Counted from the stretch's first letter, positions 19,054-29,202 are shown. The stretch is DNA of 64,000 nucleotides from an uncultured Candidatus Cloacimonadota bacterium (GCA_964464175.1 CAYXFD010000015.1:1498-65497); one strand, 5' to 3'. Notes: generated by a model not told the origin, from the letters alone. Numbers and translations are program-made.

Positions 19054-20367
19054 TCAGTATTTTACTATAATGACCGTTCCGTCACTGAAGGTCTTTATTG
19101 TTCCTACATCGAAATGAAAGTTTGTTCCGGAATAGCTGTAACTCGGCATATTGGTTCCGAAGGTTTCATAATCTTTGAATCTCATCGGACTATGGGGATG
19201 ACCGTATGGATTACCGGTACCAAAACTCAGAGTGACTATTTTGGCAAATTGAGCGAGAACTGAGTTCAGGAAAGCTGGGGTCGATGAGGTCTGACTGCCA
19301 TGATGACCCGCTTTAAGGACATTTGCTGAAAGGTCGAAACCACTGCTGAGCAGATACTGTTCAACTTCCCGCTCACCATCTCCGGTCAAAAGATACTCGG
19401 TTGAACCGTATGTGATCCTGAGAACTATGGAAGTGTTGTTCACCCCACTCCCGATTGCATCAGGCGGATAACCGATATTAAGGATCTGAAAAGAAACGGC
19501 AGAATCGAGATTCAAAAAGTCTCCCCGCTGGTAACCAAGAGAATACTGTGACGACAGATAATAATCATAGCTTATCCCGGCATCGATTATATCCTGCAAA
19601 CCTCCCCAGTGATCCGAATGTCTGTGAGTCTCTATCAAATATGAAAAATGGTCAACTCCTGCTTCCTGGACATAGTTGAGCATCAAGGGCTCTCCTAAAC
19701 CATTCCAATCCTCTTCCGATGCCCAGCCGGGAGAATATGTCCCATACCCTCCATCGACGGCTATACTCTGTCCTTCAGGGGTTCTGATCAATGTTCCGTC
19801 TCCTTGGGCGACATCAACAAAATCAACTTTCAGAAAAGCGTTATCAACTGCTTTACCATAGAAGAAAAAGAGGGTATCCTTATAAGCAGTTTCACTGTAA
19901 ACGGTTATATCCATGCGATAGAGAATGTTATCACCGCTGACCGGCACCGAAAAAGTTCTTAAAGCTGATTTATCATTGCCTGAGTAACCCTTATAACGCT
20001 CTTCATTTTCATCGACATTGTGATATCTGAACTCCAGATCAACCGGCTCGAGTGCCTTTATCTCGAAGGTATTATCATAGATGGTGATGTATTCAATCAG
20101 ATAGGGATCGTAATTCTCTCCAGGAACGAACAGATTCTTACCGTCCCCGCAGGAGGTCAGAAGTATTACCGTAAAAAGAAGAAGTAGTGCTATCAAAGGA
20201 ACTTGATGTCTTGATCTTTTTTTCCCATTCTTACTCCCATTAGTATTACAGGAGTTTCCCGAACGATTCAGCTCTTCATCGGAATTATCACAATAAACAT
20301 TCTTCCGGACTTGACTCTTAAAGACGGTCAAGCTTATTAATGGTATTCTTCTTAAGTTCTTCTGCAA
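19054..20367 (-). CDS. Lipoprotein with ComEC/Rec2-type MBL-fold hydrolase (paralog of the adjacent gene)
   Basis: Lipobox 'LLTSC'; 'DVAQGDG', 'ETHRHSDHWGG', 'LLTGDGE', 'LKAGHHGS'. True start is uncertain (see findings). Confidence 0.85.
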   Translation of the reverse strand: MQKNLRRIPLISLTVFKSQVRKNVYCDNSDEELNRSGNSCNTNGSKNGKKRSRHQVPLIALLLLFTVILLTSCGDGKNLFVPGENYDPYLIEYITIYDNTFEIKALEPVDLEFRYHNVDENEERYKGYSGNDKSALRTFSVPVSGDNILYRMDITVYSETAYKDTLFFFYGKAVDNAFLKVDFVDVAQGDGTLIRTPEGQSIAVDGGYGTYSPGWASEEDWNGLGEPLMLNYVQEAGVDHFSYLIETHRHSDHWGGLQDIIDAGISYDYYLSSQYSLGYQRGDFLNLDSAVSFQILNIGYPPDAIGSGVNNTSIVLRITYGSTEYLLTGDGEREVEQYLLSSGFDLSANVLKAGHHGSQTSSTPAFLNSVLAQFAKIVTLSFGTGNPYGHPHSPMRFKDYETFGTNMPSYSYSGTNFHFDVGTIKTFSDGTVIIVKY

Positions 20368-21171
20368 TTTATGTACCTGCTTTGATCTATTCTTTTCTTA
20401 TATATTCTAAACAACTTACTTCTTTGAGCAAGATTTTTCATTCTAATTGTTGCTATTGCCTGTCAACCTCTTTTTCCATCTCTTTTTCCTGTTTCTACGC
20501 TCCTGATACCACCGTTCTCTTCAGAGCAAATCTATATTTACCTAACCCGCATCATATCTTGAAGCAGTTTAAGTGATATCAGATTTTCCCGTCCCGGATA
20601 GTGTCTTCTTCTCTCCTTACCCTTAACATGATCTTGAGGAAATTTATCCGCTCTTCTCCTGAAGCAGAGTTATCAACTCTGAATCCTGCAAGTTTGAACC
20701 CTTACTCTAAACTATTTATCCTTATCTCTCTGCTCACAGAAACAGATCTGCTGACTCCTTTATTCTGTGAATTAATCAAGATGAGATCTCAAGGTAATCA
20801 GAGAGAACTAATCCAGTTTATTCGAGCCGATTGTGGAGATACTCTCTGATTACCTAATAGTAAGCAAGAGATATTCCCTCACTCAAACTGCTGCCGGAAG
20901 GGTAGTTAATTGCAAGAAAATGAGTTATTGGTTAATCAATATGAGAAACAATAGCAAAAGTTCAGTCACAGAATAAAAGAAGGTGCCGCAAAAACCAGGA
21001 GATCTAACTTAGAACCGGTAAAAGTTCTTCTCCTTTTAAGCCGGGAGAGCAATTATCGAAACTCCAGATTTCCTCTAAAAAACTCTGACTGCTGAGCAAG
21101 ACAAGCAGGGTTGCATCTTTATCACAAAGGTTAGAAAGAAATATGGTCTTTTCAGGAACTACTTCCTGCCG

Positions 21172-22224
21172 TTACTCTTTTCTTAATTCCGGCAGCAGCT
21201 TAACAATCTCTTCAGCTGCTCTTAATCCGGCTTTCCCGTCTAATTTATCAAACATTATTCTATTTGCGGCAGCTCTTTCTTTTTCCCGCAATCCGGGAAA
21301 TGCTTCATACTTCTCTATTGCCGGCAGCAGTTCTTCGAATCTCTCTATCCTTAAGCTTATACTGTCGATGATCTCTTCAATTTCCTCTAAACCCCTTTTA
21401 CCTATTTCACATCTAAAAGTGATAATCGGTTTATTAAGGGCACAACATTCTCCCAGGATCGAACTGGTATCTCCCACACAATAATCAGAGATCATAATGT
21501 ATGGTAAAGTCTCTTCCTTTTCGATAAAAAAGATGCCGGGTGTGGAAGAGATAACTTGCCGGTGTTGTTTATCGATCCAGGGGTGCAAAGAGACAATAAT
21601 GTTGAAAGTATCGGACAGTTCGCCTACTCTCTCAGACCATTTAAAAAAAGCAGACATTCCTGACTCTATCCAGGTTGCTGTAAACAGGATAGTTTTTTTT
21701 GCCTTATCAATCTTAGCTTTCAGATAATACTCCTGCAGGGTCTCCTCATTCAATTCTCCGTTAAAAGCTCTGTCGAGTTTAGGAAAACCAACCGATTTCG
21801 AGCAATTAACCCCGATTTTTTCTGCTGCTTCCTGATCAGCTTCACTGGTCATCAGATAAAGATCAAAAAGATTGAAATTCGCAGCCTTGGTCAGTCTTTT
21901 AAAGTGATATGGACCATGCCGCATCCCAATCTTGATGATATCTTTTGCAGGGAATTTATGACAGGAATGCCGGCACATGATAACCGCTTTCGGGAAAAAA
22001 GGCATTCTATATACTGTTCTTTTTTGCCTGAGAAAAAGAGCTTCGGTTTGACGGTTATCAGTTAAAATCGGTAGGGGTTGTAAAAACTTTTGCACCGGTT
22101 GGAATATCTCCCAATCAAGATAACTTGGACAGTAGAAAACAACCGGTAAGGTTTTTTTCCAGCTGTTCAAAATCTTGTAGATAATCGTGTAAGGTATCCG
22201 ATATAGATAATAACTGAAAACCAT
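21172..22224 (-). CDS. CDP-glycerol:glycerophosphate transferase family (TagF/TagB-like)
   Basis: 'GMRHG', 'VGFPKLD', 'ILFTATW', 'LHPW', 'SDYCVGDTSSI'. Confidence 0.75.
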   Translation of the reverse strand: MVFSYYLYRIPYTIIYKILNSWKKTLPVVFYCPSYLDWEIFQPVQKFLQPLPILTDNRQTEALFLRQKRTVYRMPFFPKAVIMCRHSCHKFPAKDIIKIGMRHGPYHFKRLTKAANFNLFDLYLMTSEADQEAAEKIGVNCSKSVGFPKLDRAFNGELNEETLQEYYLKAKIDKAKKTILFTATWIESGMSAFFKWSERVGELSDTFNIIVSLHPWIDKQHRQVISSTPGIFFIEKEETLPYIMISDYCVGDTSSILGECCALNKPIITFRCEIGKRGLEEIEEIIDSISLRIERFEELLPAIEKYEAFPGLREKERAAANRIMFDKLDGKAGLRAAEEIVKLLPELRKE

Positions 22225-22529
22225 GCTGACTCCGTTTCTTCTTCTTGATAACTAAAAGAAAAACAACTCTCTGTTGCAGGCAAAACCCGTTTTTACAACA
22301 ATGTGTCAAGAAAAAGAACCATAACAGCGGCGATTGACCCCCGCAAGAATGAAAATGAAAGCTTCTCTTAGCCTATCTCGCTCCGATTATCAAAACTGGG
22401 TAAATCAGCTTAAGGAAATCCGCAAAAAGAGTTTTTGGTGTCCCTTGAGCGATTTGAGTTGTCGTGAACAATTTCAACTATTGAATCACCTGCCAACTAT
22501 TCTCCGGGCATAGAGAAGAAACCAAATCC

Positions 22530-22535
22530 TTGACA
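22530..22535 (+). promoter_or_regulatory. Putative sigma70 -35 box for the M42-murI-LPS operon
   Basis: TTGACA 65 bp upstream of the ATG; the 14-mer TTGACAAAAAAAGA is identical to the one upstream of the tRNA operon; no canonical -10. Confidence 0.5.
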
Positions 22536-22599
22536 AAAAAAGAGTTTGAGAGGATTTATTCAGAGTAATGATATAGAGGCAAGCAAGGAGAAAAATGAG

Positions 22600-23664
22600 A
22601 TGACTTCTTTGGAATTATTGATGAAACTGACACTAACCCCCGGAGTCTCGGGCTTCGAAGAAAAGATTTCCGGAATTATGATCGAAGAATTGGGTGAAGA
22701 TATCCCCTATCAAAAAGACAAACTCGGCTCAATTGCTTTTGAATACAAGGGAGAAAGTGACAGTCCGAGAATTATGATAGTCGGACATCAGGATGAGATC
22801 GGTTTTATTGTAACCCGGATTGAGAAAAACGGATTATTACGTTTTCATAATCTCGGCGGCTGGGATTGGAGAACGCTCCTGTCTTCACCCGTAACTGTTA
22901 TTAACAGCAAAGGAGAATTGATAAACGGAGTTATCGGTTCAGTCCCAATTCACTACGTCAGGGGTAATCTGACCGAGCTAAAACTGGAAGATATGTTCAT
23001 CGATATCGGAGCAGTTTCAGATGAAGATGTTCTGGAAGGTTTTGCGATCAGCCCCGGATCACCGGTAGTTCCCACCCCTCACTTTGTCCACCAGAAACGG
23101 AACAACCTGATCTTTTCCAAGGCTTTTGATGACCGGGTCGGAATTGCAGCAGCCATAGAGACCGGGAAGTATCTCTCCCGGCAGGCTCATCCCAACACCG
23201 TATATTGCTGCGGCAGTGTTCAGGAAGAGGTTGGTATTCGGGGTGCACAGACTCTGTCTGCCCTGATTAAACCCGATATCGCCGTCATCGTGGAAGGGGT
23301 TCCGGCTGATGATTTTCCCGGTAATGAAGGGAAAGCGCAAAACTGCTTGGGCAAGGGTGTACATATCCGGCTCTTTGACCCGACCATGCTGACTAAGCCT
23401 CCCTTAAGCAGATTTGTTATAGCTCTGGCAGAAAAAAACGGGATCCCCTATCAGACTTCAGTTCGTACTTCCGGCGGGACGGACGCTAAGGTTATTCATG
23501 TTAGTAATACCGGTGTTCCTTCAATCGTATTGGGAGTCCCCGTCCGCTATGCTCACAGTCACAATGGAATAATGTCACTTGCTGATTATGATTGTTGCCT
23601 GCAGTTAGTGAAGGAAATTGTCAAAAACCTTGATAGCCATAAATATAAGGAGATTTTAAGTTGA
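22600..23664 (+). CDS. M42 family metallopeptidase
   Basis: 'GHQDEIG', 'IDIGA', 'KAFDDRVG', 'QEEVGIRGA', 'GGTDA', 'RYAHS'. ATG at 22600 follows AAGGAG (ORF track starts at 22546). Confidence 0.93.
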   Translation: MTSLELLMKLTLTPGVSGFEEKISGIMIEELGEDIPYQKDKLGSIAFEYKGESDSPRIMIVGHQDEIGFIVTRIEKNGLLRFHNLGGWDWRTLLSSPVTVINSKGELINGVIGSVPIHYVRGNLTELKLEDMFIDIGAVSDEDVLEGFAISPGSPVVPTPHFVHQKRNNLIFSKAFDDRVGIAAAIETGKYLSRQAHPNTVYCCGSVQEEVGIRGAQTLSALIKPDIAVIVEGVPADDFPGNEGKAQNCLGKGVHIRLFDPTMLTKPPLSRFVIALAEKNGIPYQTSVRTSGGTDAKVIHVSNTGVPSIVLGVPVRYAHSHNGIMSLADYDCCLQLVKEIVKNLDSHKYKEILS

Positions 23665-24488
23665 ACGGTAAACCGATAGGGATATTTGATTCGGGAGTTG
23701 GAGGTTTAACCGTCTTTTCCGAAATACGTAAACGCTTTCCTGCTGAGGATTTGATCTATTTTGGTGACACCGCCCGGGTACCTTACGGACCGAAATCTAA
23801 GAATACGATTGTCGATTATTCGGTGCAAAATACCCGTTTTTTAGCCGGCTTTCAGGTGAAACTGATTATCGTTGCCTGTAATACATCCTCAGCAGTTGCT
23901 ATTGATCTTCTCCGAGAACAGTTTTCGCTTCCCATAATCGGGGTCCTGGAACCGGGAGCTGAAAAAGCAGTGGCAGCATCTAAAAGCGGCAGGATAGGGA
24001 TTATCGGGACCGAAGGGACGATCAACAGTTCTGCCTATCCCAAAGAGATTAAAAAGCTCAATCCCTCCGCTGCTACATATTCTCAATCCTGTCCCCTCTT
24101 TGTTCCCCTGGTAGAAGAAGGATGGCAGGACCACCCGGTCGCTTTTGAGATAGTTAAGGAGTACCTTGCTCCTCTGTTAGCAGAAAAGATTGATACACTT
24201 GTTCTGGGCTGCACTCATTATCCCATTTTAAAAAAAATGATCAAACGGGTGGTAGGAAATGATATTGCTTTGATCGATAGTGCAGAGACCATTTCGGAAT
24301 ATCTTGAGAACTATCTTCGCCTGCAAGATAATAATCCGGAAGCAAAAAGTCCTGACCGGCAGAAAGGGAAAGATTACTTTTATGTCAGTGATAATGAAAA
24401 GAAATTCAAAGACATAGCCTCCAGGATTTTACAAGAGAATATCGAGAATCTTGTCCGGGTTAAACTGGCGGAAAGCTGGTTCATCTAA
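23661..24488 (+). CDS. murI: Glutamate racemase
   Basis: 'IGIFDSGVGGL', 'DTARVPYG', 'VACNTSS', 'LGCTHYP'. Confidence 0.97.
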   Translation: MNGKPIGIFDSGVGGLTVFSEIRKRFPAEDLIYFGDTARVPYGPKSKNTIVDYSVQNTRFLAGFQVKLIIVACNTSSAVAIDLLREQFSLPIIGVLEPGAEKAVAASKSGRIGIIGTEGTINSSAYPKEIKKLNPSAATYSQSCPLFVPLVEEGWQDHPVAFEIVKEYLAPLLAEKIDTLVLGCTHYPILKKMIKRVVGNDIALIDSAETISEYLENYLRLQDNNPEAKSPDRQKGKDYFYVSDNEKKFKDIASRILQENIENLVRVKLAESWFI

Positions 24489-24499
24489 GGGAGAGATTA

Positions 24500-25444
24500 A
24501 TGAAGATCAGTGGTTTTTCATTTGTTCGTAACGGGATAAAACTATACTATCCGGTCGTTGAGTCCATTCGTTCCATTCTTCCTATCTGTGATGAGTTTGT
24601 CATTGCAGTGGGAGAAGGTGATGATGATGATAGAACCCGGGAAGAGATCAGCAGGTTGAAGGATCCCAAAATCAGAATAATCGATACCGTCTGGGAAGAG
24701 AAGTATTTTGACAGAGGAATTATCAACTCCCTGCAGACAGATGTCGCTAAAAATGCCTGTTCCGGTGACTGGCTTTTCTATCTGCAGGCTGATGAGGTTG
24801 TCCATGAACGATATTTACCGACAATAAAGGAGCGGTGCCGGGAACTTTTAACCAGGAAAGAAGTCGAGGGGCTCCTCTTCCGCTACAAACACTTTTGGGG
24901 AGACTATAACCACTATCATTCGGGGCATGGCTGGTATCCTCACGAGATAAGGATTATCAGAAATCACCCCAATATTCACTCCTGGCAAAGTGCTCAGTCA
25001 TTCCGTTTTTTTTCCCATTATGACAACCCCAGGCAGCCGGAAGGAACGAGAAAACTAAACGTTGCTGCTGTGGACGCTGAGATATTTCATTACGGCTGGG
25101 TCAGACCCCCACATCTCATGCAGAACAAGAGCAGAGCTCTTAATTCCATACACTGGGGTAAGAAAAAGGCAGATCAGTTCTATGAAAAAGCACCGGCAGA
25201 ATTTGATTACGGACCCTTGAACCTGTTATCGGTTTATCAGGATACACATCCTGAAGTTATGCAGGAGATGATCGCTGCCTTGAACTGGGAAGCCAAATTG
25301 CAGTATTCGGGTAAAAAGAGCCCTTACCGTGAACCTCATAAACATGAGATGTTCAAATACAGACTGCTTAGTTTTATGGAGCGGGTACTGAACAAAGGTA
25401 AACATATAGGTGGTTTTCAAAACTACAAGCTATTGAAAATATAG
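24500..25444 (+). CDS. Glycosyltransferase family 2 (Bacteroidota-like)
   Basis: 'MKISGFSFVRNG...YPVVESI', 'FYLQADEV', 'FHYGWVRPP'. Confidence 0.85.
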   Translation: MKISGFSFVRNGIKLYYPVVESIRSILPICDEFVIAVGEGDDDDRTREEISRLKDPKIRIIDTVWEEKYFDRGIINSLQTDVAKNACSGDWLFYLQADEVVHERYLPTIKERCRELLTRKEVEGLLFRYKHFWGDYNHYHSGHGWYPHEIRIIRNHPNIHSWQSAQSFRFFSHYDNPRQPEGTRKLNVAAVDAEIFHYGWVRPPHLMQNKSRALNSIHWGKKKADQFYEKAPAEFDYGPLNLLSVYQDTHPEVMQEMIAALNWEAKLQYSGKKSPYREPHKHEMFKYRLLSFMERVLNKGKHIGGFQNYKLLKI

Positions 25445-25458
25445 ATAGTCATCTCAAG

Positions 25459-26205
25459 ATGCCGGTTAAACTCTCAGTTACAATTATCACCAAAAATGAG
25501 GAAAAGAATATCGGGCGGTGTTTAGAATCGCTGGAAGGGGCAGATGAGATAGTCGTTGTTGATTCCGGTTCTACCGATAAAACCCTGGAGATCTGCCGGA
25601 GCTTTGACTGCCGGATCGTTGAAACGGAGTGGCTTGGATTCGGTAAAACAAAACAGTTTGCTGTAAATTTAGCAGCGAATGACTGGATTTTATCAATAGA
25701 TGCAGACGAAGAATTATCCCCGGGATTGAAGAGAGAGATAATCGCCCTAAAAAGGGAGGAATTCGGGAACAAAGCTTACAGAATCAAGAGAAGCTCTTTC
25801 TATTTGGGAAAGATGATCAGATTCTGTGGCTGGCAGACCGATGCCCCTCTGCGGATTTTCAACAGGTTACACGGAAACTTTAATGATAAACCGTTGCACG
25901 AATCTGTGGTCACCAAACAGCAGGTTACTACTCTCAAAAACAGAATGTATCACTACACTTACCCGACCCTGGAATCACACTTCACGAAAATGAGATCCTA
26001 CGGAGATATTGCAGCTCAATATTTACACAGTAAGGGAAAAAAGAGCTGCCAGTCCGAAGCATGCCTGCGGGGAGTTTTCAAATTCCTGAAGATGTTCATC
26101 CTGCAACTTGGCTTTCTTGATGGATTGACCGGCTATAAACTATGCAAGAATTCCGCCTGGGGTATAAGGTACAAGTACCAAAAATTAGCAGAATTGAATA
26201 GATGA
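25459..26205 (+). CDS. GT2 LPS beta-1,4-glucosyltransferase-like (WaaE/KdtX type)
   Basis: 'IITKNEEKNI', 'VVDSGSTDKT', 'WILSIDADE', 'LHES'. Confidence 0.88.
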   Translation: MPVKLSVTIITKNEEKNIGRCLESLEGADEIVVVDSGSTDKTLEICRSFDCRIVETEWLGFGKTKQFAVNLAANDWILSIDADEELSPGLKREIIALKREEFGNKAYRIKRSSFYLGKMIRFCGWQTDAPLRIFNRLHGNFNDKPLHESVVTKQQVTTLKNRMYHYTYPTLESHFTKMRSYGDIAAQYLHSKGKKSCQSEACLRGVFKFLKMFILQLGFLDGLTGYKLCKNSAWGIRYKYQKLAELNR

Positions 26206-27293
26206 GAGTCTTGCATATCGATACCGAAATGAGTTGGCGGGGAGGGCAGCAGCAGGCTGTATATCTTTATGAAGAGATGCTCAAACGGGGATTTGAGACA
26301 TGCTTTATCTGCCGTCCGGGTTCTAGAATAGCTGAATATTTCCTTTCCCGAAACCTTCCCTATAAGCAGATACCATTTTGGGGTGAATGGGATTTTTTTC
26401 ACGGTTTAAGGTTAGCTCTTTGGGCTAAGCAAGAGAGATACAATATACTTCACCTGCATTCTGCTCATGCCCTTTCCTGGGGTCTATGGACAAAGATTTT
26501 TTTTCCTAAGCTCAGGCTTGTAGCCGTCAAAAGGGTTTGCACTTCAGTAAAGAGGAATCCATTATCATCCTTAAAATACAAAAACAAGCTGCTGGATGTA
26601 ATCATCACCATCTCCGATACGATCCGTCAGGGATTAATCGCCGATGGTCTGGAAGAGAATAAGATTATTACAGTCTATAGCGGTATTGATCCGGACAAAT
26701 TCAGCAAATATAAGATGAATAACAAAGATGCCGACAGCTCTCATGACTCCTTGCGGTTGGGCACTATTGCTGCTTTTACCCGGGAAAAGGATTATCCGAA
26801 TTATCTGAGAGCTGCATCTCTGGTAATCAGAGAAAGACCTGCAATACATTTTCTGGCAGCCGGTGACGGATACCTGCTCCCTGAAATGAAGAAGCTGGCT
26901 AAAGAACTGGGAATAACTGCTAATTTTACTTTTACAGGCTTTCAATCTGATATTGGAAAGTATTTGGCTTCCATCGATATTTTTGTCCTGGCTTCCCGGA
27001 AGGAAGGACTGGGAACATCGGTACTTGATGCTCAGGCTGTTGGTCTTCCTGTAATAGCAACGAAGACAGGAGGAATACCGGAGATTATCAGTGACGGTGT
27101 AAACGGAATTCTTGTGGAACCAGGAAATCCCGGAAAACTGGCTGCAGCAATATTGAACTTGGCAGATAACCCGAAGAGAAGAAAACAGTTAGGCGACAAA
27201 GCTAAAGAGACTGTTCAAAATTTCAGCATCGAAAAAACCGTAGAGAAAAACATTATGGTTTACAAGGAACTTTTTGATGATAAAAGCAGATAG
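26202..27293 (+). CDS. Glycosyltransferase family 4
   Basis: 'WRGGQQQ', 'EGLGTSVLDAQAVGLPVIATKTGGIPE'. Confidence 0.9.
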   Translation: MRVLHIDTEMSWRGGQQQAVYLYEEMLKRGFETCFICRPGSRIAEYFLSRNLPYKQIPFWGEWDFFHGLRLALWAKQERYNILHLHSAHALSWGLWTKIFFPKLRLVAVKRVCTSVKRNPLSSLKYKNKLLDVIITISDTIRQGLIADGLEENKIITVYSGIDPDKFSKYKMNNKDADSSHDSLRLGTIAAFTREKDYPNYLRAASLVIRERPAIHFLAAGDGYLLPEMKKLAKELGITANFTFTGFQSDIGKYLASIDIFVLASRKEGLGTSVLDAQAVGLPVIATKTGGIPEIISDGVNGILVEPGNPGKLAAAILNLADNPKRRKQLGDKAKETVQNFSIEKTVEKNIMVYKELFDDKSR

Positions 27294-28281
27294 AATTCTG
27301 ATTGTACAAACAGCCTTTATCGGAGACGTAATACTTGTTACTCCCCTGATCCGGGAAACTAAAAAACTGTTTCCCGCCTCAGAAATCGATATTCTGGTGA
27401 TTCCTGCTACTGCTGCAATTCTTGCCAATAATCCCTATCTATCCAATATCTATGTCTTCGATAAAAAGGGAGAGAGGATCAAGTCTTTCTTTCGGATTTT
27501 AAGAACTCTCAAAAACGGAAATTATGACCTGGCTCTGATACCACACAGCTCATTTACGACTGCCTTACTCGTCACTGCTGCCGGAATCCGAGAGCGGGTG
27601 GGATTCAAAGGGAAATTGAAGTCACTATTGATGACTACTCTCATTGATCCCCGGGGGGCTGACCATAGGATAGATAGAAATCTCTCATTATTGAAACCTT
27701 TCGGTCTCTCCGAAAGAAGTCGGCAGACGGAGCTATTCCCGTCAGCAGAGGAGAGAAGTTATGCCCAAAATGCCCTTAAGGGAACAGAAAAAACATTAAT
27801 AGCTGTTGCTCCCGGTTCCGTATGGAGAACGAAATGCTGGCTGCTGGAATACTACATTGAGTTACTGAACAGCTTGAAGGAGAGAGCCTTTTTTGTTTTG
27901 ATTGGCTCAAAAGAAGAAAAGGAGTTATGTTCAATGATCATCAAGGAATCAGGATGCGACGGCTTGAATTTTGCCGGTAAAACCTCTATTCTGCAATCTG
28001 CCGCTCTGATTGATCAATGCAGTCTGATCCTCTGTAATGATAGTGGTGCTCTTCATCTTGCCAATGCCGTGAAAACGACTGTTTTCGCTTTTTTTGGTCC
28101 TACGGTTCGGGATTTCGGGTTTTATCCCTACCGGGAAGGGGATGTGATTTTCGAAAAGGATATTTCCTGCCGCCCCTGCAGCCATCACGGTCCGATGAAA
28201 TGTCCTTTGAAGCATCACAATTGCATGAGGCTGATAACCCCGGAGATCGTCCTGGAGAAAATTAACAAACTGATCGATTAA
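27274..28281 (+). CDS. waaF: LPS heptosyltransferase II-like (GT9)
   Basis: 'IVQTAFIGDVIL', 'APGSVWRTKCW', 'CNDSGALHLA', 'FFGPT', 'CRPC...CPLKHHNCM'. Confidence 0.85.
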   Translation: MMIKADRILIVQTAFIGDVILVTPLIRETKKLFPASEIDILVIPATAAILANNPYLSNIYVFDKKGERIKSFFRILRTLKNGNYDLALIPHSSFTTALLVTAAGIRERVGFKGKLKSLLMTTLIDPRGADHRIDRNLSLLKPFGLSERSRQTELFPSAEERSYAQNALKGTEKTLIAVAPGSVWRTKCWLLEYYIELLNSLKERAFFVLIGSKEEKELCSMIIKESGCDGLNFAGKTSILQSAALIDQCSLILCNDSGALHLANAVKTTVFAFFGPTVRDFGFYPYREGDVIFEKDISCRPCSHHGPMKCPLKHHNCMRLITPEIVLEKINKLID

Positions 28282-28439
28282 GATTGCAGTTTCGTGAATC
28301 TGCGCTCTCAAAAAGGTCTTAGTTATTCTTGAGAAATGAACATTAGCGGTTATCTACCAGAGTTTTCCGGGGATATCTCAGAAAATAATTGCCAATAATA
28401 GCCGGGACAATTTTATGTCTCGGTAATCAGGAGGAAGTA

Positions 28440-28763
28440 ATGGAAAAGAATGGTACCATTAACGATCATATTAATTTCGAGAACTTGTTAAAACATGGCT
28501 ATGCCGTTATCGACAGTCGCTTTATGCAATACGAAGTCTGTCCCCCGGCAACCAGTAAGTATGTGATTATCAAAGTTTCCAACAGGGATACTTTTTACCA
28601 GGAGATGTTTAAACAGTATTTTGGCATTGATGTTAAAGAAAAGGATATTTACGCTATCTGGCAGAATATTCTCGATCATAAACTTAAAATGAGCAATGTG
28701 CTGGCCAGAGATGTTTCCATAAAAGTAGCAGCTCTCGATTACTACAATATCTACGGATTATAA
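28440..28763 (+). CDS. DUF4032-like protein
   Basis: C-terminal 'WQNILDHKLKMS...RDVSIKVAALDY' resembles the DUF4032 motif. ATG at 28440 follows GGAGG (ORF track starts at 28389). Confidence 0.6.
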   Translation: MEKNGTINDHINFENLLKHGYAVIDSRFMQYEVCPPATSKYVIIKVSNRDTFYQEMFKQYFGIDVKEKDIYAIWQNILDHKLKMSNVLARDVSIKVAALDYYNIYGL

Positions 28764-28788
28764 TCTTTCCTCAGAAGGAGTTATAACT

Positions 28789-29202
28789 ATGACAGAAGAT
28801 ACTCTGTTATTGATAAAACCCGACGCCATAGCAAAAAGGAAGATCGGAGCTATCTTAAACACGATAGAGGATGAAGGTTTTGAGATCATTGCCCTGAAGA
28901 TGTTCACAATGGAAAAAGAGACAGCAAAAAAACTCTATTCGGTTCATGAAGGTAAACATTATTATGAAAGGCTTATCCGCTTTATGACCGGGAGTAAAAT
29001 TGTCGCAGCTATCCTGACCAGGGATAATGCTATTTCTCACTTACGAACTGTGGTGGGAGATACAGACCCTTCTCAGGCTGAAGAGGGTACGATCCGAAAT
29101 CTTTACGGAGATCATAATACGATAACTTATAATGCCGTTCATGCCTCTGACTCACCAAGTCATGCCGCTGAAGAAACAGCCATTATCTTTCCTGAGTTAT
29201 AG
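28789..29202 (+). CDS. ndk: Nucleoside diphosphate kinase
   Basis: 'LIKPDA', 'GTIR', 'NAVHASDS'. Confidence 0.97.
   Translation: MTEDTLLLIKPDAIAKRKIGAILNTIEDEGFEIIALKMFTMEKETAKKLYSVHEGKHYYERLIRFMTGSKIVAAILTRDNAISHLRTVVGDTDPSQAEEGTIRNLYGDHNTITYNAVHASDSPSHAAEETAIIFPEL

Noticed and set aside
20601-20849. 82-aa + strand ORF in the large intergenic gap
   Set aside because: GTG start with no SD, no recognisable motif, and it overlaps the inverted-repeat structure.
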